Below are positions 14,443 through 34,500 of a stretch of 64,000 bases of DNA, in pieces. The stretch covers positions 9,238,001 to 9,302,000 of the forward strand of contig CM022674.1 of NCBI GenBank assembly GCA_012295275.1, given 5' to 3'. The position numbers were made by a program, and so were the translations under genes. How positions within the stretch are numbered: the first letter of the stretch is position 1; each line of letters starts with the position of its first letter. The notes beneath the pieces are model-generated. The model worked only from the letters and a program-made list of their open reading frames with translations. It ran no database searches and was not told the DNA's origin. Source of the stretch: Chrysomallon squamiferum. Its lineage: Eukaryota; Animalia; Mollusca.

Positions 14443-14937
14443 TAAACACCCCTACCCCAACAATAAACACCTTAACAGTTGTTCTGAACAGTAACATAAT
14501 AAAATATTTTCAATAATTTGTATAATTTTTATGAATCTGAAACAAAATTTTGTACACTGATTTAATTCAATGAGATTATTAAAATCACAATAAATTAATA
14601 AATAAAATAAACTGAAATAAGTAACTTAAAGAAGCTTGGATAACTATCGCAGTCATTGTTTTTCTAATAATAATAATTAATCCATAAGCCTATGATTTTC
14701 CTGGAATAAGATCTTAATATATTTCCACACCTTCAGTAGGTGATATCAGTTAACTGTTCAAAATTCGTAACAGACCGCATAAAAATAAAATGTAAGAAAT
14801 TATTGTTAAAATCAAACTAGTATGTATATATATTGAACAAAACCCAATGTAAAAATTCTTGTACTGTTTTCTTCCCATCTGAGAATGTGTGAAGAGATGT
14901 ATTTTACCATAATCCCTTGTGCAAGTTAATTTCTGGA

Positions 14938-14939
<2 letters not shown>

Positions 14940-14976
<37 letters not shown>
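14940..14976. repeat. (TG)n microsatellite
   Basis: Pure TG run. Confidence 0.95.
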
Positions 14977-14977
<1 letters not shown>

Positions 14978-16358
14978 TACAGTCATTTTTACAGGTATAT
15001 TTTTTCATACATCATATAACATTAATTCTTGTTAAGAATCGCAGCAATTATCTTTAAACAGAATAGTTTTTACTTGAAACACTGGATAAAGTTTACTTGA
15101 TTGGCTTTGTACAACAGATTTATTAACTCAAACTGCTTATAAATAACATTATAACAAATAAATAATTTGTAAACATGAATATATTTTTTCCAATTACTTG
15201 TAGAGAACTAATATTATTTTAGAAGTCCTTTTTAAATTTCAGATATTTTTTAATTTATCCACTGCCAGACAATTTGGACAGTTCAGTTCCTAGATATTAC
15301 TATTACTAAATAAAGAAAAAAAAGAAGAAATTATAATCATTACGTCACTACACTCAGGGCAATTTGCTTAACTTTCTTCTATAATAGAGTATCTTTTTCC
15401 TGTCCAAAAATTCATTCATCCTTCAACAAATACACTTGAAGTCAGCAGTAGAATAAATCTCAAATAATTTAATATTCTGGACATATAATCCATTGTTTGC
15501 ACACTCAAACTGCTGGCATGTGTTTTTGGGAGGGTGATGACATCCCGACTAAAACATTTTACTGTGCTGTACATGGTGACATAAATATTGGAATTGTTGA
15601 AGTAAATATCTTGTACAAATAAAAAATGTGGGATGCACCAACCCCAGTTACTGAAAAGTTGCTTAATAATACATATTGTAGTAACATATATCATATTTTT
15701 TATCACTTTCATTATAACAGGTTTTCACTTTTCTCTTACAGTTCTTGTTTATACAAGATATCAGAATAACAACAGACAAACAGATATGCGTAAAATATTT
15801 TATGAACCGAATAGTTGAACAGATAACTAACAATGAACATGTCTTAAAGTTTGTCAACTACTACCACAATATCAATTATAAAAAGATAAAAACTGTCCTA
15901 TATTTGAAGAACAGACTAATTTAAATAAAATACCAAAGCTCTTATAAATATACAGACCTATTCTTTCATCATCAAGTTTCTGAACATTTCTTTAAAGACC
16001 ACTAATAAAATCAACAGTGTCTTCCAGTTTTCAAACTATTTAAACAAATTACTGGAAACAGATACGCTTGGTTTGATGTTTTAATTTTCAATTGTTGTCT
16101 TAATATTAAAGAAGTAACATATAAAATCAAGGGGAAAAGAGAAGAAAAAGACTATAGAATGTAATAAATTTAATAATAAAAATGTTCTTGTAAGGATTTA
16201 AAGTGTAGATCTTTTTTTCATTTTAAAGAATATATATATTAAATAAAAGGCTTAGGGGCAAACAACAACACACAAATAAAAAAAATAAAAAATAAATAAA
16301 AAATAATAAATCTGTTAAAATAACAGCTGACAAAATGTTTAGAATTTGTTCTAAATTT

Positions 16359-22302
<5,944 letters not shown>

Positions 22303-22599
22303 TTAAATTACAATAACAGTTAACAAATTCTTGAAATGAAACTAAAATGACCTTGATAAAAATCGACACTGGAGCTCGAAGGTGAAGGTTGTTTTTGTCC
22401 CAACGTTCTATTTCCCTCTCTTTTATGGGAAGCACCACATTTCTTAGACTGATTTAAAATGCACCTGAGCAAATTTCCTTTGGTGTTGTTAAACTATTGC
22501 TAGTAGTCTCATAATGGTAATTTCATTTTCATTATTTATTTTTTATTATTATTATTTTTATGCTGAACACATGTCAATATAATTTAGTTTGTGCATCAA

Positions 22600-22684
<85 letters not shown>

Positions 22685-22696
22685 TACATACATACA

Positions 22697-22732
<36 letters not shown>

Positions 22733-22762
22733 TATATGCATACACACATATATATTTATATA
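22600..22762. repeat. Compound (AAT)n/(TA)n/(TACA)n microsatellite
   Basis: Directly visible tandem runs. Confidence 0.9.
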
Positions 22763-23066
22763 TGATCAAATGTCAGAAACATTGGTAAGAAATTTATTTC
22801 TGATTTACAACACAACGCGTGTTGTTTCGACAAAAAAAAATTTAAAAAAGGAAAAAAAAAAAAAAAAATCAGGTCGGTTAAAGATAGAAGAAAAACAGAT
22901 ACATGTAATAAGCTTATTGTAGAAATAAATAATAAAACAGTTATGAAGCTCCAAATAATATATTTTCTCATTCATATTAGGTTATTTCTGTTCGAACATT
23001 TATTTATTTAATTTTTGTATTGTGTAATTTTTGAAATAAATATATCGTTATCTACATTCGTTTGAG

Positions 23067-23103
<37 letters not shown>

Positions 23104-23471
23104 AGAAAGAGAAATAAATAAAATAAAGTAAATAAATAAATAACTGATATTTATTATTTATTTAAAAACAAAAGCTCGATTACAGTAATTCTGAATTGAT
23201 ATTTTAAGCAAAGCATGTTATAAACTTAAATAAAAAGAACTATTACAGTGTTTTGGGAAAGGTATTTTGACGCAATATAGAGATGTAACATTTACGTTTA
23301 GGTTAGAAAGGTTATAATGACGTTGAAATGTTAAAGTGACGACATTTAGGGTAGATATTAGACATTAGAGTTACATTACACTCTCACCGGTATTAAATCA
23401 TATCAATTAATTAATATTAAATTATACATATTCTCTGTTTATTTAAATACATTGAATAAATGATCAAATAA

Positions 23472-25818
23472 CTATGTTCGGGTAGTGTCGTTAAATGATG
23501 TCTGTAACTCATGTTCTTCTGTTTCAGTTCTGTCTAACGTGTCCTCCAAAGCCTCGTTCTTAGTTTCGTTCAGAAGAAGGCACAAAGCTCCAGTAACAAA
23601 ACTGACAAAACCCATCACTAGATAGGGCGCCATTAAGTCACGTCCTCGTCCCTGTAATTATAATGTTTTAACATTTTGATACTAGGAAGAAAAACAAAAT
23701 AGCAATGATGATGATGATGATAATAAAGTAAATAATCCGTCATTAAGAATCAATAACAAAAGCAAAACATCGTTATGAACAAGAACAAAATTAAAAACAA
23801 ATTTTACCTAATGTAATTAAAAAAACGTATAGTATAAACTTATTCAAGATATAATTATATCCCTCTATCCACCCATTTTATTTTTGTTATTTTATTCTTC
23901 GATGTAGTGTTTTATTAATATCACACATCACTTACAAGCGCCAAAACCTGTGATGATACAATTCCACCAACTCGTGCTCCTGAATGACAGGCTGACATTC
24001 CTAGATTTCTGTAATAAGAACAGTCGGCTTCGTCCACAAAATTACAACATATACGTGCAATTCCTGTTATGTTAAATGTTTTCTTTCTTTGTTCAATCAG
24101 ACATTTTCATATTCTGGAAGAGCGACTTTCGATATTGGCCATATGTAAAAATATGTAAAGATATTAACTTGAAATTTAGGGTAATATCCAAGTCTTTAAT
24201 CATGTAAAGGTTATTATTATTATTTATTTATTTTCTACTTAATTAATTAATTTTTGTTTTTGGCTCACCCTGAATATAAGGAATAACTGGTTATTGTCTT
24301 AAGATGCTGTTGGGCATTCAGACTTTCACAGGTTATAGCTCATATCTTAAGACAGTAACCGATTATTCCCATTTTATATATATATATGGTTTTCTGCGTA
24401 TATGTTTCGTTACAAATTCTACTTTCTTCTAAGACGGTGCTATTATTTTTTTGAATTTTTACGTGTAAATTAATATATGTAAATTAATACCTGATTACTG
24501 TAGGATATTGTTCAGCGGAAAAAACTTCTAGACCGTGCCATGCTATTATTAACAAAGTTTTAGCTAGAACTGCAAGCACTGTGTTTAAGACACCCTCCGG
24601 TTCTGATGGCACTAAATAATATAAAAAAATATAAATATTTATTTGGGGAGTAGAGACGGTTTTCTTAAAAAAACAAAACAATTAAGTAATAGTAGAGACA
24701 AATACGACTCAGGTATAAAGTATCTGTAAAACAGAAGAATAAAAAAAAAAAATGAAATTAATTGATGTTTATAGTTTAAACTCTGATTTTATGTGTACAT
24801 GTATGTATGTACGCATGTACGCATATATGTATGTATATGTGTACGTACGCATGTATGTATATATATGTATGTATGTAAGTATGTATGTATATATCTATGT
24901 GAGTTAGTGAGGGTGTATCAATGTATGTGTGTATGAGAGTGATTGTATGTATGTGGTTTAATCTATATATGTATGTATGTATGCTATGTATGCATGTATG
25001 TATGTATACGCATGCATGCAAGCATGTATGTCTGCCTATATGTGTATATGTTTTTTAAATATCACGCCAGCTTATTACACAGAGTTAGCCAATTACCAAA
25101 CACAACTGCTACAGCTAGTACAAAGCAAGATATACTTGTTCCGCAGAAAGCTGATGCACAAGTCCAGCGTCGACCAATACTGAAATATATTAAATTAACA
25201 GTACATTCAAAAAAAATAAAATAATAATAATAAATAATAATAATAAAAAAATAAATTAAAAAAATTAAGAACAAAAATAAATAACCGACTGGTAGATACA
25301 AAGTAAAAATAAAATTTTGAATATAACAGTTCAAAGATCATCCCGGTCAGAATTGTGTTAGAAACCACCCAGAATAATTTTCTTGCCGACTGATGTTGTA
25401 TTTTTATTTTTTTATTTTTTTTTTGGCAATGAAATTAATTTTATCTAGAAAATTAACGTCCACTTTCTTGTATGCGCTTCAGATTTCTAAAATTAATTTT
25501 ACGAGCACGTATCTATTTTGTGACATAAATAAAACATATAGTTAGAACGTACCAGTTAGTAATGACAACAACCAACATTAAAGCAGGGAATTCGGTTACT
25601 TGCATTAACAACATGTTAACATAGAAATTTCCAGATAAATCGTCGACACCAAAACTTATTGCATAGAACACAATGGAGCTGGATGCCCTAGAAAAATAAC
25701 AATAGTTGTGTTAACAAAGGTATATATCACCGTAGACATAATGCAAGAATTAAAAATACATCAATGAATAGTTATACGCCTTCTACTATTATTGCTGCTG
25801 CAATTTCTGCTACTCTGT

Positions 25819-25877
<59 letters not shown>

Positions 25878-25890
25878 TTACTATTACTAT

Positions 25891-25928
<38 letters not shown>

Positions 25929-27675
25929 TTACTACTACTGCTACTGCTACTACTATACTACTACTACTCTGCTACTACAACTAGTAATAATAAAGTAAAT
26001 AAATAAATTAAAGTATAATAAATAAAGTATCTTCCTAATCATTAACGTTTTTGAGAAATCAAATAACATCAAATTTGTATCATCTGCTAGAGATGGGTGT
26101 TTTTTATAATATATTTATAACTACTCTTTTAAACTACTTGTTTCATCAACTCATTTAGAACTTATTCAGATGCCTGCATTCTATAAAATAATATTTACAC
26201 AACAATAAAATTAAACTAACATTCGAATACTTATACACATCATTTAGAAGCATATTTTATTCTATACAGCAGCCATATAAATAGAAATATGAAAACAAAG
26301 TTCAACTAATAAGTATTTACCAGCTAAAACAGAGTATGACGGTAGTTTTGACTGTTTGTGCAGTTCGAAACAGATCCAGGTAACTGTAGGTCTTAAGTCT
26401 AGCATGATTTTTCTGTTCCTCACTGGCGATTTTTTCTATTATCGTAGTGTCCGGCTCACCTCGACCATTGATTCTTGCTATTCGTACGACCAAAGCCTTG
26501 GCGTCAGAAACACGACCTTTAATAGCTAACCATCTAATGCTTTCAGGCATAAAACTTAAATTAGAACAAAAAACAACATTGATATTTGTTAAATGGTAAC
26601 TAGACAACATAAATGTAATGGTTTTATAATGGAATATTTCAAACAATATATGGAAATTAAAAAACTTACATACAGCCTATCACATAAGGTGCTGAAACGA
26701 CTGCTCCGGCAATGTGAAGGTGTGTCCAGTTAGGAGACAACCAAAATACGAGACATGCCAACATAATCCCAATCGGAAAAGCAGGAATTACAACCAAACC
26801 AACTCGCCATTTTCGGTTGACAAATTCCAGTTGATATATGTAATTGATAGCCTGCATGGCGCCAGCAGCGATACCCAGAATTACTCTGCAAGCAAAGAAG
26901 TTATTACTGTCGTCAGTACAAATAAATAATTAACACACCTCGTAGACTATTTTTTGATCTCACGGTATAAAAATTATAAAAAAGTTGGAGAAAATAGGAA
27001 ACTTGGAAAACTTTACTAGATCATACAATATTTATGTTTCAACATTTCAGATTAAAACGAATAATTTATTACGATATTATAGGTTTGTTTATATTTATAT
27101 TATTATGTTTATTTAATAAAATCACCTGAATGAGGTAAACATGATCCATGACGTCGAAAAGATACTGATTATATTTCCAACACACGTAATACTAATCGCT
27201 ACAAAGATTACTTTCTTTCTACCAAATATTCCAGCTGCCTGGCCTGCCATTACAGCTCCAGCAAGAACTCCGCCCATTTGTAATGCAATAATGAAATCAG
27301 AAATCCATTTCTTGTCACAGACCAAATCCCACTAAAAACAAATAAAACATCATACTAAAAAAAATAAAAGATTGTTCTTCTCCATATTATTATTATTATT
27401 ATTATTATTGTTGTTATTATTATTATTATTCATATTATTATCCTGTTTGCTATTTTTAAAACAAAGCTAAACTATTAGTGTATTGTCGAAAGAACAAATA
27501 CACAAATTCAATGAAAGCAAATATTAATTCTGTTATCTTCCACTTCATTGTGTATTATTATTATCATTATTATCTTCTACCTTTTTTTTTTATCTATCTG
27601 ATATTCTAATGCATGATATTTCTGTTTCTTTAATAAAAATAATTTAGTTAGAATTAAGCTATACATTTTTTTTAC

Positions 27676-27728
<53 letters not shown>

Positions 27729-28010
27729 GTAAGTAATTTTTACCTGACTGACAGCGGTGACCATTTCTTGTTTAAAGATTCTTACGTCACAAACACTGTT
27801 ATTTATATAACACATTCCTTCCATTATCTCATTCGTCTCATTTGTGCCATTTCCGTACGACATACACATCCAGGCGGGTTCAAGCCCAGCAAAAGCCATC
27901 ATAAGCAAACTCCAGGAAATAGGTATTTTTATGGTAGATAAAAATAGCACGAACAGTCGCTGAAATTTCCCGAAACCTCCAAGTTCATCAATAAGATTTT
28001 CAATATGCAT
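23472..28010 (-). CDS. SLC22-family (organic cation/anion transporter-like) MFS transporter, ~9 coding exons
   Basis: MHIENLIDELGGFGKFQR start; TAVSQ|WDLVCDKKW; GIFGRK; LEFVNRKWR; MPESIRWL; AEQYPTVIR; LLNETKNEALEDT...TRT* (stop 23472-23474). Approximate exons 27744-28010, 27126-27332, 26670-26885, 26320-26554, 25553-25687, 25070-25179, 24491-24611, 23936-24009, 23472-23651. Confidence 0.92.
24280..24369. repeat. Short inverted repeat/hairpin (mini-MITE-like)
   Basis: 26-bp arms GGAATAACTGGTTATTGTCTTAAGAT and ATCTTAAGACAGTAACCGATTATTCC, 3 mismatches, 38-nt loop. Confidence 0.7.
24790..25050. repeat. Degenerate (TATG)n/(TG)n low-complexity tract
   Basis: Repeated GTAT/TATG/CATG units. Confidence 0.8.
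25819..25966. repeat. (CTA)n/(TTA)n trinucleotide microsatellite
   Basis: About 48 TAC/TAT triplets; source of the spurious poly-L and poly-Y ORFs. Confidence 0.95.
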
Positions 28011-31000
28011 CTTGATAAATGTTTAGCACTGGTTTGATGACTCGTAAAACAAATAAAAGACAACTGATCTATTTGTATCTGAAGTCTGACAGTCATGTAA
28101 AACATATACCGTGTTATCCAGACATTACTCTGATATGTTCTCACTTTGACATTTGACGAGAAACCTGAAACTGAATATAGACACTTGAGTGTTTTTGTTT
28201 TTATACGTGTTATGTTAGGATATGTAAAGTCACACATAAACGTGTTGTCGCATCTCACATTGAAATATTGCTTCATGTGGAATCCAAAGAGAATAACAAA
28301 CAACAACATTTATCTTTTATTATTTAAAAATATCCAACTCTTTATAGACAAGAACTAAATTACAGTAATCAGAATAAAGTGTAGTTTATCTGCATATTGT
28401 TGACAAATATGCATTCATTTATGTATAATAAAACTATTTATAGGATTGCAGGATGAATTTAAGATTACAACAATATGACACCGTGTCACATTCTGTTAAG
28501 TCTTGAAACTGATTCTGAATATTTTCTTTTACAGCAAAACTATCATAATTGCCGAATGTATGCACTACATAACCGAGTTTTGAAGCTATCCAGCTAAAAA
28601 TGTGACAGAAATAAAAATAAAACGGAATTTTTTTTTTTAAAGATTATCAAAAGTAAATTATGATTCACAAAAAATGTGTATTACTTGGACGTTTTTTTCT
28701 TCTGTATGTGTAGGTTCATATAACAAAGTAAATTTAAACTCACAAACTGAAGCTTTCAAAATCTCCTGCTCTGGCAGTTTTTGGCGAGACAGATTACAGA
28801 TAAAACTGACATTGTCACTGGCTAACCATAAATAAATAAATAAAAGTGGAGTGGCCATGTTACATAATTCAGGGAATAACTTCGATGACTCGACAGTAAT
28901 GTTTTCTGATGCTGATAAAACGTAAATTTTATATAAAGTTTCATCCTTTATTCGTTACATGTAATGCATTTATTTAGACTGACAATAGGATTCAGTTTGT
29001 TCAACTGTTTGCTAATATTATAATTTATCTGTCTGTTTCTAGGACATTGTTGAAAGCAATTTGCATTCTGCAGGAAAACCGTTCGTCTGCAGTAGGTCTA
29101 CAGGAGATGTAAAATCCCTTGGTGGTGTAAAATCTTAGATAATTAATAAAGATAATTCAGAATAAACATCAGCAAATACAATTTTTCTGTATCATATAAA
29201 TTTATTTAATTAACCTAAATAACTGTAATGTACAGGCTCATTACATTATTTTAATCAAAGACTGATCTGTCTGGCCGGTTTTTTTCTGACTTGTAGTCTC
29301 TGAAAAGTCGAGTGATAACACGAACCAACTGAAAATCATTATTATATTATTTTATTTTATACTTGCACGTTTACAATTTTTCATATATTTATTTATTTAT
29401 TTATTTGTTTAACTGTTAATTTATCGACGTTCTTTCACTGAAGTGTGTTTTCAAACGTTTCAGTACTGGACTCAGTTACCGAATAACAACAAGAAAAAAT
29501 AACAGATTTTCAAACTTTTTTCACAGTATATTCCTAATTTTATTTTTAAAATGGATATATATAAATAAATAAATAAATAAATAAATAAATACCCCCCAAA
29601 ATGACATCCTACACTTTTTGTCAGATAAACAAACGTGGTGAAAGAATATCGATTAAGATTTGATCCAGGAACTTATATTGTCAGATTGTTTTTGTATTAA
29701 ATGAAACTTTAATTTTTTTTCTTACACGAAATTTTATCGCAGTTGTTCGACTGATGGCAAAAGTGTTTGTATTTCTTTGTAAAGAACTACGTCAAAAGTT
29801 TCCTATAGCAAGGCCATGGTTAGCAAAGAGCTGACCAACAGTTCCTTAAAAAAATAACTCAAATAAGTTTATTATTATTATTATTTTTATTTAAAGGACA
29901 CCCATGAAATTCACCATATACGCGAGAAATGACATGAACATGAAAATGTTTCTAATACGGTAATTTAATTTTTACCGTTTTTGAATTTATCAGATAATAT
30001 TCGAAACAAGATAAACAGAAATTATTTTAAGAAAGTGTATATTCTTTTACTTTTATATGTTTTTGGTTTTGCGAGGAGTTAAATTTATTTTGAATGTCCA
30101 TCATACAGCTGATCATGGGTACAGGTTTCCAATAAATATATATTTTTTTAATATTTATATTCTGTTTCAAATTAATGTCAAAACATAAAATAATGGCCTA
30201 CTGTTTTTCTTTTTGTTTTTAATTATACTTTTCTCTTCTCTCCAAATAAATTATTACGTTTTGTTTTTGTCGATATCATATAGGCTAAACTGTGTATTAA
30301 TAAATAAATAAATTAACTCATTTATTCATGAACTTCAGCTGAAAACAGCGAAATAGACAACTAACAATACTAACAATTATTATGATGATCATAAAATTAA
30401 AAATATGACGAAACTGAACTGATTTAAAGAGATATTAAATCGGCGAGTTTGTTGCATATAAATTACAATATATGAATGTGTGAGCGTGTCTATGTATTTG
30501 TATGGTGTGTTTGCGAGTACGTGAGACATGTGCATGTGTGTATCTACATAAGTATGCGTATTTATATATATGAGTGTATGGTATACATATGTGTTCGTGA
30601 GTGTGTGTGTGATATTCATGTATGCATCTCAAAATAAAAAGTCTACTATTTGTAGTGATTATTCATGAGGTTCTTTATCAGACGCGATTTCGAGTCACGG
30701 CCAAGGATTCAAAATTTTTGTGTGATTTATAAGACAATAGTTACCATGTGGCTGGAATCAGTTGATGTGTTACTCTAGTCTGCGCCTGACCCTTATCAAA
30801 AGTCAGTCTCCTTTTGTACCTGTGTAACAAAAAACTGTTGCTTTTGCGATAAAATTATTTCTTTGCATTTTATGTTATTCAACTATATCTTAATGAATCT
30901 CGTGCCACTTACTCCAGTGTTATATTTGGCGTGACAGACTATAATCACGAGTAATCACTCTTGCTATCAAACCACGACATTGCTATTTTCAGGTTCTGTA

Positions 31001-31023
31001 TTGTCTAGTTTGTGATTTAAGAG

Positions 31024-31077
31024 TATTTATAAACTGCTTGATCGCTGGGCTTTTTTTCTAAAATTCAACTTGACCAA
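31024..31077 (+). promoter_or_regulatory. TATA-like box and short 5' non-coding exon of the peptide-precursor gene
   Basis: TATTTATAAA at ~31024; donor CAA|GTAAGT at ~31077; matching acceptor TTTCACAG| two bases before the ATG at 31557. Confidence 0.5.
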
Positions 31078-31556
31078 GTAAGTATTTTTATTTCTTTGTT
31101 TTTTCTTTTTTAAATTATGAAATTATTTAAAAGCATTAGTTATGACAGTGAATAATTAGCTGTATAATCTCTTGTTAGAATAGCTTTTAGCTCAGTGTAT
31201 TTTTGTACGATTTTTGTTTTTATTTCTATTTCTTATGCGGATATAAAAAAGGCGTATTAACAGTATAAAACAACTTCAGCTTGACAACCATAACAAATCA
31301 TCCAGTTTCTCATCATTTACCCTAACATTCTTTCGAATTTCTAAATTTCTATCTCCTGTATAAACAATTTAGGAACTAAAATAATACTGAAGCATGACGA
31401 ATCGCGTTTTTATCGTTTCTTTTTCTGTGTTTAGATATATGTATGTTTTGTTTTTTAAAATCATCCGTTTCCCTCCTTTATTTGTCGTACGTGTGTCTGT
31501 GTATACGCATCTTTACGTGCTGAAAAATACCTCAGTTATTTTATTCTTTCACAGAT

Positions 31557-34500
31557 ATGAATCCTCTTGTCAGTTTGGTGCTACTGACATGCGTCATTGT
31601 GTCACCTGTTGTCTCGTTTTCATTAGGACTTATGCCACCAACAGACATACTGGAAAAGAAGTCAGGTGAAATGGAGATAACGCCTTCAGTAGCAGAACCA
31701 CCCCCAAAACCCGTAAAGACAGAAGCCACTTCGATTGACAGTGGAATGAGTTAGTATTTTTACTTAACTTATAAACTGATAAACGTAATATAATATATGT
31801 TATTGAACACTGTAAAACTTCGAATATTTGTTATTTTTGGTAACTTTAAAATTAATTAAGTCAGTTTTCTCATTTTCAGGGAGTGTATTCAGACAAGCGA
31901 TAAATAACGGTAACTTACAATGGGATCTCTGCAGAAAGCTATTATCAAAACATGATAATAACAAGAAGTAAGTAGTAAATATTCTAGTAAAGACGAACCT
32001 TAATGCGTAATAAGCAGTCCAACTTCCTTTTCAAGTCTAAATCAGTAAACACGTTTGCATCCTTTTCTTCTTATTAATTAAAATGTCTTTTATTTTAGGA
32101 TACAAAACTGGGAAGATCTTTCAGATGAAGAGGAAACAATAAAAACTAAGTTTCTGCAACTACGGAAGCATACTGTAGATTCATTTACGGAAGCATGCCA
32201 AACAATAAAAATAGTCAGCGAAATAGCGAACAAACTTAGAATAAAAGTCGAGCACAGGGAAGAGGGCGGCGAAGATGACGAAGAAAGCAATGGTCAAAAA
32301 GATAAAAGAGGGCACAGCATGAAGGGAAAGAGAAACAACAAAGATGACGGAGAAGATGACGTAGAAAGCAATGGCCAAAAAGATCAAAGAGGGCACAGCA
32401 TGAAGGGAGAGAGAAACAACAAAGATGACGGAGAAGATGACGAAGAAAGCAAGGTCCAAAATCATCAAAGATGGCACAGCATGAAGGGAAAGAGAAACAA
32501 CAAAGACGACGAAGAAAGCAATGGTCAAAAAGATAAAAGAGGGCACAGCATGAAGGGTAAGAGAAACAACAAAGATGACGGAGAAAGCAATGGCCAAAAT
32601 CATCAAAGAGGGCACAGCATGAAGGGAGAGAGAAACAACAAAGACTGTGGCGAAGGTGACGAAGAAAGCAATGACAAAAAAGATCAAAGAGGGCACAGCA
32701 TGAAGGGAAAGAGAAACAACAAAGACGACGGAGAGAGCAATGACAAAAAAGATCAAAGCTGGCACAGCATGAAGGGAAAGAGAAACAACAAAGAGGACGT
32801 CGAAGATGACGAAGAAAGTAATGGTCAAAACGATCAAGGATGGCACAACATGAAGGGAAAAAGAAACAACAAAGATGACGAAGAAGGCAATGGTCAAAAA
32901 GATAAAAGAGGGCACAGCATGAAGGGAAAAAGAAACAACAAAGATGACGAAGAAATTAATGGTCAAAAAGATAAAAGAGGGCACAGTATCAAGGGAAAGA
33001 GAAACAACAAAGATGATGAAGAAAGCAATGGTCAAAAAGATAAAAGAGGGCACAGCATGAAGGGAAAGAGAAACAACAAAGATGACAAAGAAGATGACGA
33101 AGAAAGTAATGGTCAAAATGATCAAAGAGGGCACAGCATGAAGGGAAAAAGAAACAACAAAGACGACGAAGAAAGCAATGGTCAAAAAGATAAAAGAGGG
33201 CACAGCATGAAGGGAAAGAGAAACAACAAAGAGGACGTCGAAGATGACGAAGAAAGTAATGGTCAAAACGATCAAGGATGGCACAGCATGAAGGGAAAAA
33301 GAAACAACAAAGATGACGAAGAAGGCAATGGTCAACAAGATAAAAGAGGGCACAGCATGAAGGGAAAAAGAAACAACAAAGATGACGAAGAAATTAATGG
33401 TCAAAAAGATAAAAGAGGGCACAGTATCAAGGGACAGAGAAACAACAAAGATGACGAAGAAAGCAATGGCCAAAAAGATAAAAGAGGGCACAGCATGAAG
33501 GGAAAGAGAAACAACAAAGACGACGAAGAAAGCAATGGTGAAAAAGATAAAAGAGGGCACAGCATGAAGGGAAAGAGAAACAACAAAGACGACGAAGAAA
33601 GCAATGGTCAAAAAGATAAAGAGGGCACAGCATGAAGGGAAAGAGAAACAACAAAGACGACGAAGAAAGCAAAGCAATGTCAAAAAAGATAAAAGTGGGC
33701 ACAGCATGAAGGAAAGAGAAAAACAAAGATGACGGAGAAGATGACGAAGAAAAAAAGAGAAAAAAAACAATGTCCAAAATCATCAAAGATGGCACAGCAT
33801 GAAGGGAAAGAGAAGAAACAATGGTCAAAAAGATAAAAGAGGGCACAGCATGAAGGGAGAGAGAAACAACAAAGATGACGGAGAAGATGACGAAGAAAGC
33901 AAGGTCCAAAATCATCAAAGATGGCACAGCATGAAGGGAAAGAGAAACGACAAAAACCATGGCGAAGGTGACGAAGAAAGCAATGGCCAAAAAGATCAAA
34001 GAGGGCACAGCATGAAGGGAAAGAGAAACAACAAAGATGACGTCGAAGTTGACGATAAAAGTAATGGTCAAAATGATCAAAGAGGGCACAGCATGAAGGG
34101 AAAAAGAAACAACAAAAAAAACGGTGAAAAGACGAAGAAAAGGCAATGGTCAAAAAAATAAAAAGAGGGCACAGCATAAAGGGAAAGAGAAACAACAAAG
34201 ATGACGTCGAAGTTGACGATAAAAGTAATGGTCAAAATGATCAAAGAGGGCACAGCATGAAGGGAAAAAGAAACAACAAAGAAGGCGGTGAAAATGACGA
34301 AGAAGGCAATGGTCAAAAAGATAAAAGAGGGCACAGCATAAAGGGAAAGAGAAACAACAAAGATGACGGCGAAGATGATGAAGAAAGCAATGGCCAAAAT
34401 CATCAGAGATGGCACACTATCAAGGGACAGAGAAACAACAAAGATGACCAAGAAAGCAATGGTCAAAAAGATAAAAGAGGGCAGAGCATGAAGGGAAAGA

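Noticed and set aside
25764-26006. Poly-Leu and poly-Tyr ORFs (also ORFs at 22558-22788, 24776-25224, 30389-30632, 11336-11623)
   Set aside because: Translations of microsatellites or low-complexity AT-rich DNA.
29891-29930. TTAAAGGACAC start resembling a Kolobok-type MITE terminus
   Set aside because: No matching opposite terminus found.
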